This document shows, piece after piece, positions 19,058 through 29,504 of a stretch of DNA of 64,000 nucleotides. This stretch comes from a virus (taxonomy: Duplodnaviria > Caudoviricetes), in IMG/VR virus record IMGVR_UViG_3300028832_000095, positions 128,001 through 192,000 of that record. One strand, written 5' to 3'. The number at the start of each line of letters is the position of its first letter. Positions within the stretch are counted from its first letter, which is position 1. The notes under the pieces are model-generated. The model did no database searches and had not been told where the DNA came from. It saw nothing but the letters and a program-made list of their open reading frames with translations. The position numbers and the translations under genes were made by a program.

Positions 19058-20206
19058 ATGAATATTAAGGAAGCTATATCCGGACAAGAATATTCGTTTC
19101 TTGTAGACTGTGAGTATTTACACAATATACTATTTCTTTGTTTTGGAGGAAGTCACGCTTACGGTCTGAATACAGAAACATCGGACGTTGATATTAGAGG
19201 ATGTTGTTTTCCTCCAATGGAAGGAATAGTTGGTTGTGGATTCTTACAGGAGAAAACAGAGCCTTATGTTATTCTCGGTGAAAACGGATTTGAACAAATA
19301 ACAGAAACAAACACAGATACAACCATTTACAGTTTCTATAAACTTCTTAAACTGCTTTATAACTGTAACCCAAATACAATTGAGATGCTTGGGTGTAGAG
19401 AACAAGATTATATTATTTATCATCCGGCAGGACAATATTTGATTGATCATAGTGAAGTGTTTTTATCTAAAATGGCATACAGATCCTTTGCTGAGTACGC
19501 ACGAGGACAGTTTCAACGACTTAAAAATGCCCTCGGTAGACAAAGACAAGGAAATTTATCTAATTGTCTGTGTATGACAGATGCAATAGGAAGAATGCAA
19601 AAACATCTTGAACGGGAGTACAGCGATTATAATTCTAATATGGTAAATGTTAGAATAACAGATAAAAGTGGAAATCCTGTTTATTGTGGTGTAAAACAAA
19701 TTGTCCCGGATGATGTGGAGCTTCTGTTTTATGATAACTATAAAGAACTTACAGTAAACGGAAAACCAATTAAAGACGAGGACATTCAAGTTACATTTGA
19801 TGTTCATGTAGATGGTCTACCTTCAAATCAGTTTACATCTGTTATGAATGAAATTGGTTCTAATATAAAAGAATTTAACAAAGTTCTTGGACACCGAAAT
19901 CATAAGAAAGATGATTACCATCTCTCGAAACACGCAATGCACTTGCTCCGTCTGTATATGATGGGTAGGGAGATTCTTGAAAATCATGTCATCAATACAT
20001 ATAGAGTCCATGAACACGACTTCTTAATGTCTGTTAAAAACGGAGCATATTTCAACGGTGAGTCTTTTAGCAAGGAGTTCTTTGATATTGTTTCAGAACT
20101 TAGTGTAAAACTGGATGAAGCATATAAGAATACAACACTTCCAGATACTCCGAACAAAAATCATATTATACAACTATCTAAAAAGATATCATCTTGGTTC
20201 TTCTAA
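19058..20206 (+). CDS. Predicted nucleotidyltransferase (Pol-beta superfamily)
   Basis: GGSHAYGLNTETSDVDIRG, NPNTIEML, KHAMHLLRLY. Confidence 0.85.
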   Translation: MNIKEAISGQEYSFLVDCEYLHNILFLCFGGSHAYGLNTETSDVDIRGCCFPPMEGIVGCGFLQEKTEPYVILGENGFEQITETNTDTTIYSFYKLLKLLYNCNPNTIEMLGCREQDYIIYHPAGQYLIDHSEVFLSKMAYRSFAEYARGQFQRLKNALGRQRQGNLSNCLCMTDAIGRMQKHLEREYSDYNSNMVNVRITDKSGNPVYCGVKQIVPDDVELLFYDNYKELTVNGKPIKDEDIQVTFDVHVDGLPSNQFTSVMNEIGSNIKEFNKVLGHRNHKKDDYHLSKHAMHLLRLYMMGREILENHVINTYRVHEHDFLMSVKNGAYFNGESFSKEFFDIVSELSVKLDEAYKNTTLPDTPNKNHIIQLSKKISSWFF

Positions 20207-20222
20207 AAAAAGGAGGGTTATT

Positions 20223-21212
20223 ATGAATAGTCTAACTGCAAAAGTAATTAAAGATTATGATATTCCGATTCAAACTGTTTCAAATAAACATATGGAATAT
20301 GCATTAACTGAATTCAAAGAATTTGATAAGTATAAAGACGCATTCTTCTTCGCTAAAAAGTATACGGAGACAGAAGGATTAAATACAGAACAATTTGATG
20401 CTAAAACACATGAAGTATCCGATAGATGCATTCAATCAGTTATGAACCTTGATTCATATAAGTATTTTTGTATGAAGAATTTACCAGTTCTTGATAAAGA
20501 AACAACTCCATTTCCGCAGTATAGCAAAGGATTAGATATCTACAAAAATCAAAATAACGGAAAGAGATTCATTTCTATCGACCTCACTCATGCCAATATA
20601 CAATCACTTAAATTTTCAGATGCTTTGTTTGAACCTAAGTTTGCAGATCAGGTTGATAATTTTGCAGAATTCATAGAACACTTTGGAACTTGCACGAACT
20701 ATTATTTGAAACAGTATATTTCTAACAGCAAGAGAATGCGCCAAATCATATTCGGTAATCTGAATCCAAAACGCCAACAGCATATGGAAAGATACATGGT
20801 TGAATCTCTTATAAAAGAACTAATTGATTGGAAAGTGTTGAAACCGGAAGATTTTTACGGATATACAACAGATGAAATAATCTTAAATGAAACTCCAAAT
20901 ACAATAGTTCTTGCATACAATAAATTCGATTCTATTTATAATATTACGACTAGCGGAGAAATTGTAGATGAAAATAATGTTGGCAAAGAGATAACAGTTC
21001 ATATCGAGGATTTCAACTTGGAAAAACTAGAACCCTATGATTTTTGGGTGAAGAAAGACCACTATGGAAATATACTGTCAATTAAGAAAGTTCCTATCGT
21101 ATACTACTTACAGGTATTGAAACATCTAAATAATAAACCATTGATCGAGGAAGATATGATGTTCCTGTATGAGAAAGTTCCATGCAAGTTTATTGATCCC
21201 TTGTGGAAATAA
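20223..21212 (+). CDS. Hypothetical protein, possibly divergent polymerase palm
   Basis: FISIDLTHAN / SKRMRQIIFGNL / YGYTTDEII; SD AGGAGG. Confidence 0.5.
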   Translation: MNSLTAKVIKDYDIPIQTVSNKHMEYALTEFKEFDKYKDAFFFAKKYTETEGLNTEQFDAKTHEVSDRCIQSVMNLDSYKYFCMKNLPVLDKETTPFPQYSKGLDIYKNQNNGKRFISIDLTHANIQSLKFSDALFEPKFADQVDNFAEFIEHFGTCTNYYLKQYISNSKRMRQIIFGNLNPKRQQHMERYMVESLIKELIDWKVLKPEDFYGYTTDEIILNETPNTIVLAYNKFDSIYNITTSGEIVDENNVGKEITVHIEDFNLEKLEPYDFWVKKDHYGNILSIKKVPIVYYLQVLKHLNNKPLIEEDMMFLYEKVPCKFIDPLWK

Positions 21213-21239
21213 TTAAATAAAAAAATTTTTATAAACCTC

Positions 21240-21268
21240 TTGACATTTCCGGAAATATGTGTTATACT
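21240..21268 (+). promoter_or_regulatory. sigmaA-type early promoter
   Basis: TTGACA-N17-TATACT. Confidence 0.85.
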
Positions 21269-21695
21269 ATATTTACTAGGATATGTCAGGATGTTATTAT
21301 ATGTCACTTAGAGTTATTCAAGTTATCGTTATGGCTTTCGCATGTTTCTACAACTTCTTTCAGGCTGTGGAAGAAAAGAGTCATAAGAAAAGTGTTCAAT
21401 ACGCATTTGTTAGTGGATGTTGTTTTATGACTCTTGTTATCTATCTTGTCTTTATTGTGGGGAGGTATTTCTAATGAGGGCATATACAGTTAATTATAGA
21501 CTTCATCCATATGACGAACATGAGACACAAATTTCTTTTCTTGCAAAAAATAAGCAAGATGCTTATGATAAAGCTGTATTTGAGATCATCCCACAAATGG
21601 AAGGTGAATCTCCTTATCACGCTTATGTTTATTCTGTGACTTATCAGAATGGTAATTATAAGATTTTTAATTGGTAAGGTTATAAGAGGGACTGA

Positions 21696-22151
21696 ATGGG
21701 AATGAGAATGTGGCATTACAAGTTATTGGACGTTCTTCCTGAACTTCAATTTAGAGGACAGTTGAGGGAGTTAGTTGCAATCTGTTCTAATATTCAACAG
21801 TTTGCAACTCCCCGACACCTTCTTGTTAATATTCTTCAGCAATATCCACCTGAACATCTTGCAACATATATTGATTACTATATCAGTATATATGAAAAGT
21901 GGTACGGTAAGAAGCCTAATAGTTATGATAAACTTCGAGAGTTTATTTATGATTTCCTAAATGTAAAGCCGTATGAAACTGTTGACGGAATATATTCTGA
22001 GTGGCATAACAGAGAATATTTACGAGTGTGTATGGCAAACCTTTATGAGAAGTTTGCATACAGTGATGGAAAATCAAAGATCAGTGAAAGTGACTGGAAA
22101 CGTCTTACAGATCGTTATTTAGAACTTACCGGACATAACTATATTATTTAA
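21696..22151 (+). CDS. Pyrimidine-dimer DNA glycosylase / endonuclease V-like
   Basis: MRMWH..L...LP..Q..GQ.RE...I, H.LVN. Confidence 0.7.
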   Translation: MGMRMWHYKLLDVLPELQFRGQLRELVAICSNIQQFATPRHLLVNILQQYPPEHLATYIDYYISIYEKWYGKKPNSYDKLREFIYDFLNVKPYETVDGIYSEWHNREYLRVCMANLYEKFAYSDGKSKISESDWKRLTDRYLELTGHNYII

Positions 22152-22167
22152 TTGGAGGTAAAATAAA

Positions 22168-22608
22168 ATGAGAAAGAATTGCAAGACATTTAAGGAATGG
22201 ATTGATTCTCAAGTAGCTGAATTTAATGCAGCTCACCACGGGGATGATCACGGGTATCATCTGTCTGCTAGTATTTGGTCTACTCCTCTTGGTGGATCTG
22301 TGAGATGTATGATCATAAATGATAGAAGAAACAAAACAGGATTTGCTTCTGTATCTGCAAAAGCATATAATGATCCTACTCAGATTGCAATCGGTCTGGC
22401 ATGGGCAGATTATAAGGGAGAGGAAATTCCTGATTTTAGCATTCCGCTGTATAAGTTGGGTAGAATGGATAAGTTTGAATACGGCGGCGAAACATATAAA
22501 TACCTTACAACAAATCCTTGTCTACCTGATAATATCATTGTATGTGATTATAAAGGATTTCCTTTTAATTTTAATCGGAATACAAAAGTTAGAATTAAGG
22601 AGGTGTAA
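22168..22608 (+). CDS. Hypothetical protein, paralogous to N-domain of 10478
   Basis: KTGFA...IAIGLAWADYKGEEIP vs KTGKA...IAIAWARYTKTDIP. Confidence 0.6.
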   Translation: MRKNCKTFKEWIDSQVAEFNAAHHGDDHGYHLSASIWSTPLGGSVRCMIINDRRNKTGFASVSAKAYNDPTQIAIGLAWADYKGEEIPDFSIPLYKLGRMDKFEYGGETYKYLTTNPCLPDNIIVCDYKGFPFNFNRNTKVRIKEV

Positions 22609-22612
22609 GGAT

Positions 22613-22966
22613 ATGACACTTACAGATTCTAAAGGAAGAGAATGTACTCCGGTTATGATTTCTACATCATTTGGAGCAGGATTTTCTACATGGCATTATG
22701 GATCCGCTACAGATGATCGACTTATTACATATTTATTTAATAATTATCAGCAGGAGCTTGGAACATATTGCTGTGAGTATTCCGAGCATGAGTTTGATTG
22801 CTACGAGTTTGAGCACAGACCTCTTTTTCCAAAAGGGATGAACGGTTTCATTGATGATGATATTACTGTTGTTCTTATTCCAAAAGGAACTGCTTATCGT
22901 ATCAATGAGTATGACGGACAAGAGAGTATTGAAATTTATTGTCCGGGAGGATACTCTATTGCATAA
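22613..22966 (+). CDS. Conserved phage hypothetical protein
   Basis: S..FGAGFSTW...IPKGT.YRINEYDG.ESI; start after AGGAGG. Confidence 0.6.
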   Translation: MTLTDSKGRECTPVMISTSFGAGFSTWHYGSATDDRLITYLFNNYQQELGTYCCEYSEHEFDCYEFEHRPLFPKGMNGFIDDDITVVLIPKGTAYRINEYDGQESIEIYCPGGYSIA

Positions 22967-23514
22967 GATGTGTATAGTATGAACGAATTGGGTAACTTTA
23001 TAATTGAGGTAAGATGTGATGGATAATCCATGTTATGATAAGATTACAAAAACATCGTGCTCAAGGCGGTGTGCTGGTTGTTCTATAGACTGTCCGGATT
23101 GGAAGCTATATGAATCAGAACGAAACGAGAAATATTATCAGAAGAAAACTGAATACAGTCATGTTGCAAATAGCTATGAGATACAAAGAACTCAAAGAAT
23201 TAAGAAAAAGATGAAAAGACATGATTGGAATAGGTATTAAGCTGGAGGAGTTATTATGTCTAAAGAATTTGAGTTGAACTCAATTACCAATGAAGATATT
23301 TCTTCAATCATTCAGTTATGTGCAAGACAAATCGGTATCTTGCAAACTCAGGTTAATGAGCTGCAAACTATTATCGTTGAATTGGAAAATAGAGTTGTTT
23401 CTAATGAGAAACTTCTTGAAAATGTATGTACTCAGTATAATAATCATATATGCGGTCAGGAATCTTTTTTAGTTGACATTGATGCTGATTATTAAATTAA
23501 AGGAGTGTTGAAAA

Positions 23515-24288
23515 ATGGCAATGTTTGATTATGGATATATTTTACTTCGTGATGGAAAACTTATTGATTGTACTGATAATCATATGTTTATGGAAGTATC
23601 TGATGTAGAAATTCCTCCGGTAGAAGAAGCATATGATTATTATAATAAACAACATAGCATTAGAGGAAACTATTTCGCATATGTTGGTGACGAAAATCTT
23701 ATGCTATGTTTCTATAAGACACACATCAAACTTGTTCGCGGTGATAGAGTATTAGGAACTATTTACTGCGGTCATTATAGTGAAAAATATCCAGATGATA
23801 AGAATGTGTATTACTCCACAATGCCCATTGAAACTCTTTATAATCCATTTAACTGTGGTATTGATATTAAGATTGATCTTCTTGATAGGAACTACTATCT
23901 TATGGATTGTGGCACAGTACGGGATGATGGTTTAACTTTTTGGGAATATTATAAGAAGTGTATTGGTTGGGAAAACGAAAGAACAAGTGCTTATACTGAA
24001 AGAGAGCATAAGAAATTCCTTAAAAATATGAGAGCAAGAAAAGTTCTTGAAAAAATCTACAAAGGTAGAGATTTGTGGGAACTTCCAGATGCTTATGTAA
24101 ATAATGATCAAAGTCATAAATTTGATGTAACATTTACTTTGAACGGATTTGAATATGAAATTATTTTTGGATATGGAATTAAAGGATTCAAAGAACACTA
24201 TCCTATAAGTTATACGGCGCAGGAAGTATGGAGCTTAATGTGTGCTGATCCAAATGCAACTATCCCTAAATATCCGAACTGGTGGTGA
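23515..24288 (+). CDS. Hypothetical protein
   Basis: 257-aa ORF, SD AAGGAG. Confidence 0.6.
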   Translation: MAMFDYGYILLRDGKLIDCTDNHMFMEVSDVEIPPVEEAYDYYNKQHSIRGNYFAYVGDENLMLCFYKTHIKLVRGDRVLGTIYCGHYSEKYPDDKNVYYSTMPIETLYNPFNCGIDIKIDLLDRNYYLMDCGTVRDDGLTFWEYYKKCIGWENERTSAYTEREHKKFLKNMRARKVLEKIYKGRDLWELPDAYVNNDQSHKFDVTFTLNGFEYEIIFGYGIKGFKEHYPISYTAQEVWSLMCADPNATIPKYPNWW

Positions 24289-24293
24289 TAATA

Positions 24294-24806
24294 ATGTCTA
24301 ATGTATGGTTTATTTCAGATACCCATTTTGGACATGAGAATATAATTAAATATTGTGACAGACCATTTAAGGATGTACCCCAAATGGATCAATACCTGAT
24401 CAAACAGTGGAACTCTGTTGTAAAGAAAAATGATACAGTTTATCATCTAGGAGATTTTTCATTAGGACATCCAAAGGAAGTTGTGAAAATGATTGTAGAG
24501 GAATTGAACGGCAATATCAAACTTGTAAAAGGTAATCATGATACATGGAGCAATGAAGTCTATCGTGAACTTGGATTTAAGGAAGTATATGATAAACCAA
24601 TCCTTATAAATGAATTTTTACTTCTTTCACATGAACCAGTACCATTTAGGATCAGTTCAATGTTTGTAAATATATATGGTCATGTTCATAATAGTAATCT
24701 GTTTGATACATATAAAGATGGATTCTTTTGTGTTTGTGTTGAAAGACATAACTATACTCCGATTAGTCTTAAAGATATTGGAAGAATCGTGGTGAGTGGA
24801 ACATGA
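24294..24806 (+). CDS. Calcineurin-like metallophosphoesterase
   Basis: SDTHFGH, LGDF, GNHD, SHEP, GHVH. Confidence 0.9.
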   Translation: MSNVWFISDTHFGHENIIKYCDRPFKDVPQMDQYLIKQWNSVVKKNDTVYHLGDFSLGHPKEVVKMIVEELNGNIKLVKGNHDTWSNEVYRELGFKEVYDKPILINEFLLLSHEPVPFRISSMFVNIYGHVHNSNLFDTYKDGFFCVCVERHNYTPISLKDIGRIVVSGT

Positions 24807-25379
24807 GGAATTTGACAACAAAAGAAAAGCAAGATTGCTTTGATAAGTATAAAGATATACAAAATAAAGTACAAGTACATGACTTCCAGTCTGCAATAGA
24901 AGCGTGTAAGCAAAAAGTATGTCAGGCTGTTCGCAAAAAACATAGAGATGATAAACGCAGATGCCGGAAATATGGAAATGGTAAGTTATCAGACTATAAC
25001 TATCGGGGAAAGATTCTTAGGGGGAGATACATCCTCCATGCGCAGAGAATACAAAAAGATTTGTAGCAATCATGAAAAATAAATATGGATCTGTTGAAAA
25101 CTATCACATTCAGAGAAAGGTTTATAAGGTGTTGAAAAATGGATAAAGAACTGATTTTGTCAGCTACAAAACAACCTAAGAATGATAAAACATATATTTG
25201 TCCTATTTGTGGAAAATCATTTTATGTTTCGGATAGGAATTATATTTATAAGAAGAAAAACAAGGAAGGTTTTACAAGATGGACTTGTAGCTATTCATGC
25301 AATAATAGATTAGGTGAAATTATTGAGGAATCCAAACATAATTACTATTGGTTAAAATAAAAAAATTTTTGAAAACCTA

Positions 25380-25408
25380 TTGACAAAACGATAAAAATAT
25401 GTTATACT
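25380..25408 (+). promoter_or_regulatory. sigmaA-type early promoter
   Basis: TTGACA-N17-TATACT. Confidence 0.85.
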
Positions 25409-25465
25409 ATATATGTAAGTTGAAGGACTTACGAAACAAAAATAATATAAAGTGAGGTACTTATT

Positions 25466-25762
25466 ATGAAGATGTTTGATGCAGGAAGATCCAGTATTTA
25501 CAGTATTCTCGAAAAGAATGGATTCACATACTATAAGGGATATGAGAGTGTGTGGATCGCAAAGACACCTATCGGTTATATCACTGTTGACGGTGATGAT
25601 ACAACAGAACTTTGGACAAAGAAGGATGGAGTTTTTGTGACGGATGAGATGTTTGTCGAAGCCGTTACCGGTTCGGACATTCAGATGTATGAAAATGTGA
25701 GAGATATGTTCGTCATCGAAAATGTTGGAATCCTTTATGCACTTGGTATTGCAGAGGACTGA
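25466..25762 (+). CDS. Hypothetical protein
   Basis: First gene after promoter, SD GAGG. Confidence 0.6.
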   Translation: MKMFDAGRSSIYSILEKNGFTYYKGYESVWIAKTPIGYITVDGDDTTELWTKKDGVFVTDEMFVEAVTGSDIQMYENVRDMFVIENVGILYALGIAED

Positions 25763-25828
25763 CAATTAAACAGGAACAATTAACCATAGGATTCAAACTC
25801 CTCTGGTTAATTGTTTAGGAGTGATTGT

Positions 25829-26920
25829 ATGTTAAAAGTATCTAAGTTTATTCGTGACAACAATAATTGGGAAGAGTTGTTACGGTCTGATCCATACAAT
25901 GTATCAATTAAACATCAAAATAACCTCATTCTTCTTAATTATATTCAAGGAGCATCTACTGTTTGTGATATAACAAATGAGTGTAGAGGTCTTGTTCTTG
26001 ACATTGCAGATGAAAGAAATCCAAAAGTGGTTCGGTGTGGATTTTATAGATTCTTCAATCTTGGAGATCCTAATGCAGTTACTATTGGAAATCATATTAC
26101 AGCATATGAAAAAGTTGATGGATCACTTGTGTTCCTTTACTTTGTAAACGATAAATGGTGTTTTGGAACAAGAAATACATTTGATCTTGAAGTAGATGAA
26201 GTTACAGCCGGAAATACACCTAAACTTAGAAAAATGGCTAAACAGATTCGCAGTGTACTGAATCCAAACATTTTTGATTCCCTCAATAAGAACTTTACAT
26301 ACTGTTTTGAGTTTGTATCTCCTGATTTCCAAATTATTGTTCCTTATGAGAAACCGGATATGTATCTACTTATGATTAGGAATAATAATACATTGGAAGA
26401 GGTTGAAACTGCTATTTCTGTTGAATTCAAAAAGCCGAAAGTATATAGTCTTAATTCTATTTCTGAAATTGAAAAGTATGTATCTCAATTCTCGGCAACT
26501 GAGTTTGAGGGCATTGTTGTCAAAGACGAAAACAATAATCGTATTAAGATCAAAAACCTTAATTGGCTTCAACTTCACTATCTGTATAATAACGGTCAGT
26601 TTTCAGATAGATACTTTATTCATTTGTATATGAATGATGACTATCAGGAGCTTTTAAGTTATTTCACAAACCTGAAAGAACGGTTTAACAAGGTTGTGAA
26701 TAGATATAACACGATTAAAGAAGCTGCCAGATTGATGGATAATATTCCTGTTAATACTATTATGACTAAAAAACAATTCTTTGAACTTGTAGATAGAACA
26801 GTTAAAGACAAAGGTTTTCAAATGCTTGCTTTGAAGTCCTATAATAATTGTGCATATAACTGGTTTTGTATGTTAGATGAACATTGGTATTCACATTATT
26901 TTGTAGGAGAAGAAAGATGA
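25829..26920 (+). CDS. RNA ligase 1 (T4 RnlA-like)
   Basis: ECRGLVL, RFFN, EKVDGS (motif I), FEF, EGIVV, RIKIK. Confidence 0.88.
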   Translation: MLKVSKFIRDNNNWEELLRSDPYNVSIKHQNNLILLNYIQGASTVCDITNECRGLVLDIADERNPKVVRCGFYRFFNLGDPNAVTIGNHITAYEKVDGSLVFLYFVNDKWCFGTRNTFDLEVDEVTAGNTPKLRKMAKQIRSVLNPNIFDSLNKNFTYCFEFVSPDFQIIVPYEKPDMYLLMIRNNNTLEEVETAISVEFKKPKVYSLNSISEIEKYVSQFSATEFEGIVVKDENNNRIKIKNLNWLQLHYLYNNGQFSDRYFIHLYMNDDYQELLSYFTNLKERFNKVVNRYNTIKEAARLMDNIPVNTIMTKKQFFELVDRTVKDKGFQMLALKSYNNCAYNWFCMLDEHWYSHYFVGEER

Positions 26921-27840
26921 TTACTTTATTTATGACAATTGGACTTCCCGGTTCTGGAAAATCTCATTGGGCATCTGAACAGGATGCAAAAGTTGTATCT
27001 TCGGATGCTATCAGGGAAGAACTGTTTGGAGATGTAAATGATCAGAATTATAATAATGAAGTATTCAACGAAGTACATAACCGTATTCAGAACTACCTTA
27101 AACAGCGGTTTAATGTAGTTTATGATGCAACCAATCTCAGCAGTAAGAGAAGAAAAGGATTTCTTAATACTGTTCCTGAATTTGTAAGAAAGGTTGCTGT
27201 TGTATTCTGTACTGATTATAGTATTTGTCTTAAAAGAAATGCAGAAAGAGAAAGACACGTTCCGGAAGAAGTTATTGAACGTATGTATAAAAGAATCACT
27301 CTTCCTACACATTTAGAAGGATTCGATCAGATTGAATATATTTTCTGTCCGGAAAATGATAAAACAGAACTTGACTATTATCTTGAAACAGTTGGTTATA
27401 ATCAGGATAATCCTCATCACAGTCTTACTCTTGACAAGCATCTTGAAAAAGCATATAATCTTGCTCATGAAAAAGGATCTGACCTTAATGATTATGATAA
27501 AGAAATTCTTTGTAGGGCTGCTTTGATGCATGATGTTGGAAAGCCTGTTTGTAAAACATATGAACTTTTCTCCGGAAAAGTAGATGATCATGCACACTAT
27601 TATAATCATGCTAATGTAGGAGCATATAAGATTCTTTGTTCAAGACCTATTATTTTTGGGTTAGATAAAATTCATAATAGAATGGAAAGACAGAAATTAG
27701 TCGCTATTGCTACACTTATTCAGTTACATATGAACTTCTTTGACAGCAACTTCTCACTTAATGAATATAGAAAATACTACGAAAATAACCTCATTACACT
27801 CCTTGAAATTTTACATGAGTGTGATGTAGAAGCGCATTAA
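26917..27840 (+). CDS. Polynucleotide kinase (P-loop) fused to HD phosphohydrolase
   Basis: GLPGSGKS, SSDAIR, DATN, RN..R.R.VP; HH...H, MHDVGK, HANVGA, HM, D..AH. Confidence 0.85.
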   Translation: MITLFMTIGLPGSGKSHWASEQDAKVVSSDAIREELFGDVNDQNYNNEVFNEVHNRIQNYLKQRFNVVYDATNLSSKRRKGFLNTVPEFVRKVAVVFCTDYSICLKRNAERERHVPEEVIERMYKRITLPTHLEGFDQIEYIFCPENDKTELDYYLETVGYNQDNPHHSLTLDKHLEKAYNLAHEKGSDLNDYDKEILCRAALMHDVGKPVCKTYELFSGKVDDHAHYYNHANVGAYKILCSRPIIFGLDKIHNRMERQKLVAIATLIQLHMNFFDSNFSLNEYRKYYENNLITLLEILHECDVEAH

Positions 27841-27860
27841 AAAAAGGAACTGATGACTTA

Positions 27861-28616
27861 ATGAAGAAAAAAATATTTATTCTTATTATGCAAATAACAA
27901 TTATTATATTGTTATTTGCTGTAACCGAAAAGAAAAACACTATCAAGAATGATTCAACAGCATCAATTGAAACAGTATTTATTGATACCTGTATATACGA
28001 AACTACGGCTTGGGTTTCTACCATATCAACTTATCCGGAAACAACTACCACAACTATACAGGAGACAAGCACAACCTCTGTTCCTGAAACCAATACAACG
28101 ATAACAAATACAGAAGGATCAACTAAAAAGACAACAAATACGACCACAAAAAGATATACTACTACTTCAAAAACTACCACAAAAATAACTACAACAAAAA
28201 CAACCACATCAACTACAAAAACAACTACTACCACAACACAGAAAAAAGAATCTAATAATATGGAGCTAGTTGGAACATTCAAACTAACATACTATATTCC
28301 TACATCAAAACAGAATCCAAATACTCTTGTTGGTGGATCAGGTAGGAAACTAATTGATTGTTCTATGGGTGATGGAACAGTAAAAGGATCTGTTGCTTGT
28401 CGCGCTGTGTACGAAAAATATGGATATAAATATAACGGAAAAAGAACTATGATATATTTGGATGTACCGAATTTCAAATATTTAACCGGATATTATTATG
28501 TAGACGATTGCTGTGGTGGAAAAGCAACTGTTGATATTTACTATAATTCTAAGAATAATTGTCCATTTAAGAATATCGGCGTTATTCGTGGGGCTAAGTG
28601 TTATATTGTTAAATAA
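27861..28616 (+). CDS. Membrane-anchored Thr-rich protein with 3D-like domain
   Basis: N-terminal TM, long Thr linker, GTFKLTYY...YYYVDDCCGG...VDIY. Confidence 0.6.
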   Translation: MKKKIFILIMQITIIILLFAVTEKKNTIKNDSTASIETVFIDTCIYETTAWVSTISTYPETTTTTIQETSTTSVPETNTTITNTEGSTKKTTNTTTKRYTTTSKTTTKITTTKTTTSTTKTTTTTTQKKESNNMELVGTFKLTYYIPTSKQNPNTLVGGSGRKLIDCSMGDGTVKGSVACRAVYEKYGYKYNGKRTMIYLDVPNFKYLTGYYYVDDCCGGKATVDIYYNSKNNCPFKNIGVIRGAKCYIVK

Positions 28617-28635
28617 AAAACATATTCCAAAATAC

Positions 28636-28664
28636 TTGACATTTTGGAATAGTTGTGTTATACT
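28636..28664 (+). promoter_or_regulatory. sigmaA-type early promoter
   Basis: TTGACA-N17-TATACT. Confidence 0.85.
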
Positions 28665-28699
28665 ATATTTATAAGTTATTCTGGAAAGGACTATCATAT

Positions 28700-29323
28700 A
28701 TGATTCTAATTCTATGCGGTAAATCCGCAAGTGGTAAAGATACAATCCTAAATGATTTTATTCAAGATGGGTTTGTTCATAAGATTGTATCCTACACAAC
28801 AAGACCTAAAAGAGATGGCGAAGTAAACGGAATTGATTATAATTTTGTTACAGAACGTCAGTTCATTGACATGATGAATGAAGGATTGTTCTTCCAAACA
28901 AGACAATATAATACAAATGTTAATGGACATCTTGATACTTGGTATTATGGATCGAAAAAGGTAGAAATTGATAAAAATATTCATTTTGGTTGTATTGTTG
29001 ATATGGGTGGAGTTAGAGATTATGTGAATACATACGGTAAAGAAAATGTGTTTGTTGTTTATGTTGATGCTCCGGATGAAATACGAAAACAGAGATGTAT
29101 CAAGCGTGGATCTTTTGATGAAACTGAATGGAACAGACGATTAGAGGATGACACAATTAAATTTGATATCAACAATCCAGAAGTATATAATCTAATCAAT
29201 AGGGTTGTTGAAAACACCGGAGATATCCGTGATGCTAAATTTGAAATCTCTTATGATTTTTATAACTACATCATGGATAGATATAAAAATGAAAATCATA
29301 CACGTTTTGGAGGAAACAAATGA
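28700..29323 (+). CDS. gmk: Guanylate kinase
   Basis: GKSASGKDT, SYTTRPKRDGEVNGIDYNFV, WYYG. Confidence 0.9.
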   Translation: MILILCGKSASGKDTILNDFIQDGFVHKIVSYTTRPKRDGEVNGIDYNFVTERQFIDMMNEGLFFQTRQYNTNVNGHLDTWYYGSKKVEIDKNIHFGCIVDMGGVRDYVNTYGKENVFVVYVDAPDEIRKQRCIKRGSFDETEWNRRLEDDTIKFDINNPEVYNLINRVVENTGDIRDAKFEISYDFYNYIMDRYKNENHTRFGGNK

Positions 29324-29504
29324 AAGTATCAACTAAAAAGAAGATGGGTGAACTCAAAGAATACCTTGAAGAACTTGGTCTGTTTATCTGGCAACTTAAT
29401 CAGAAGGATGATGAGGAACTGAAAGAACTTGCTAAAAAGATGCAACTCTGCTATACTGTATGTATGAAGCAGATCAAACAAATCACCAAGGAGGAATTTG
29501 AATA

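Noticed and set aside
17258-20206. NAD-reconstitution (NARP-type) anti-defence pathway
   Set aside because: Only a generic PRPP-binding loop is present; no recognisable Nampt/Namat/Nmnat partner.
24803-25145. Possible frameshifted gene after the phosphoesterase
   Set aside because: Several frames are partly open but no recognisable motif identifies a true product.
28030-28250. ACA/ACT-rich repeat tract
   Set aside because: Explained by the Thr-rich protein linker; the antisense Val-rich ORF is a shadow.
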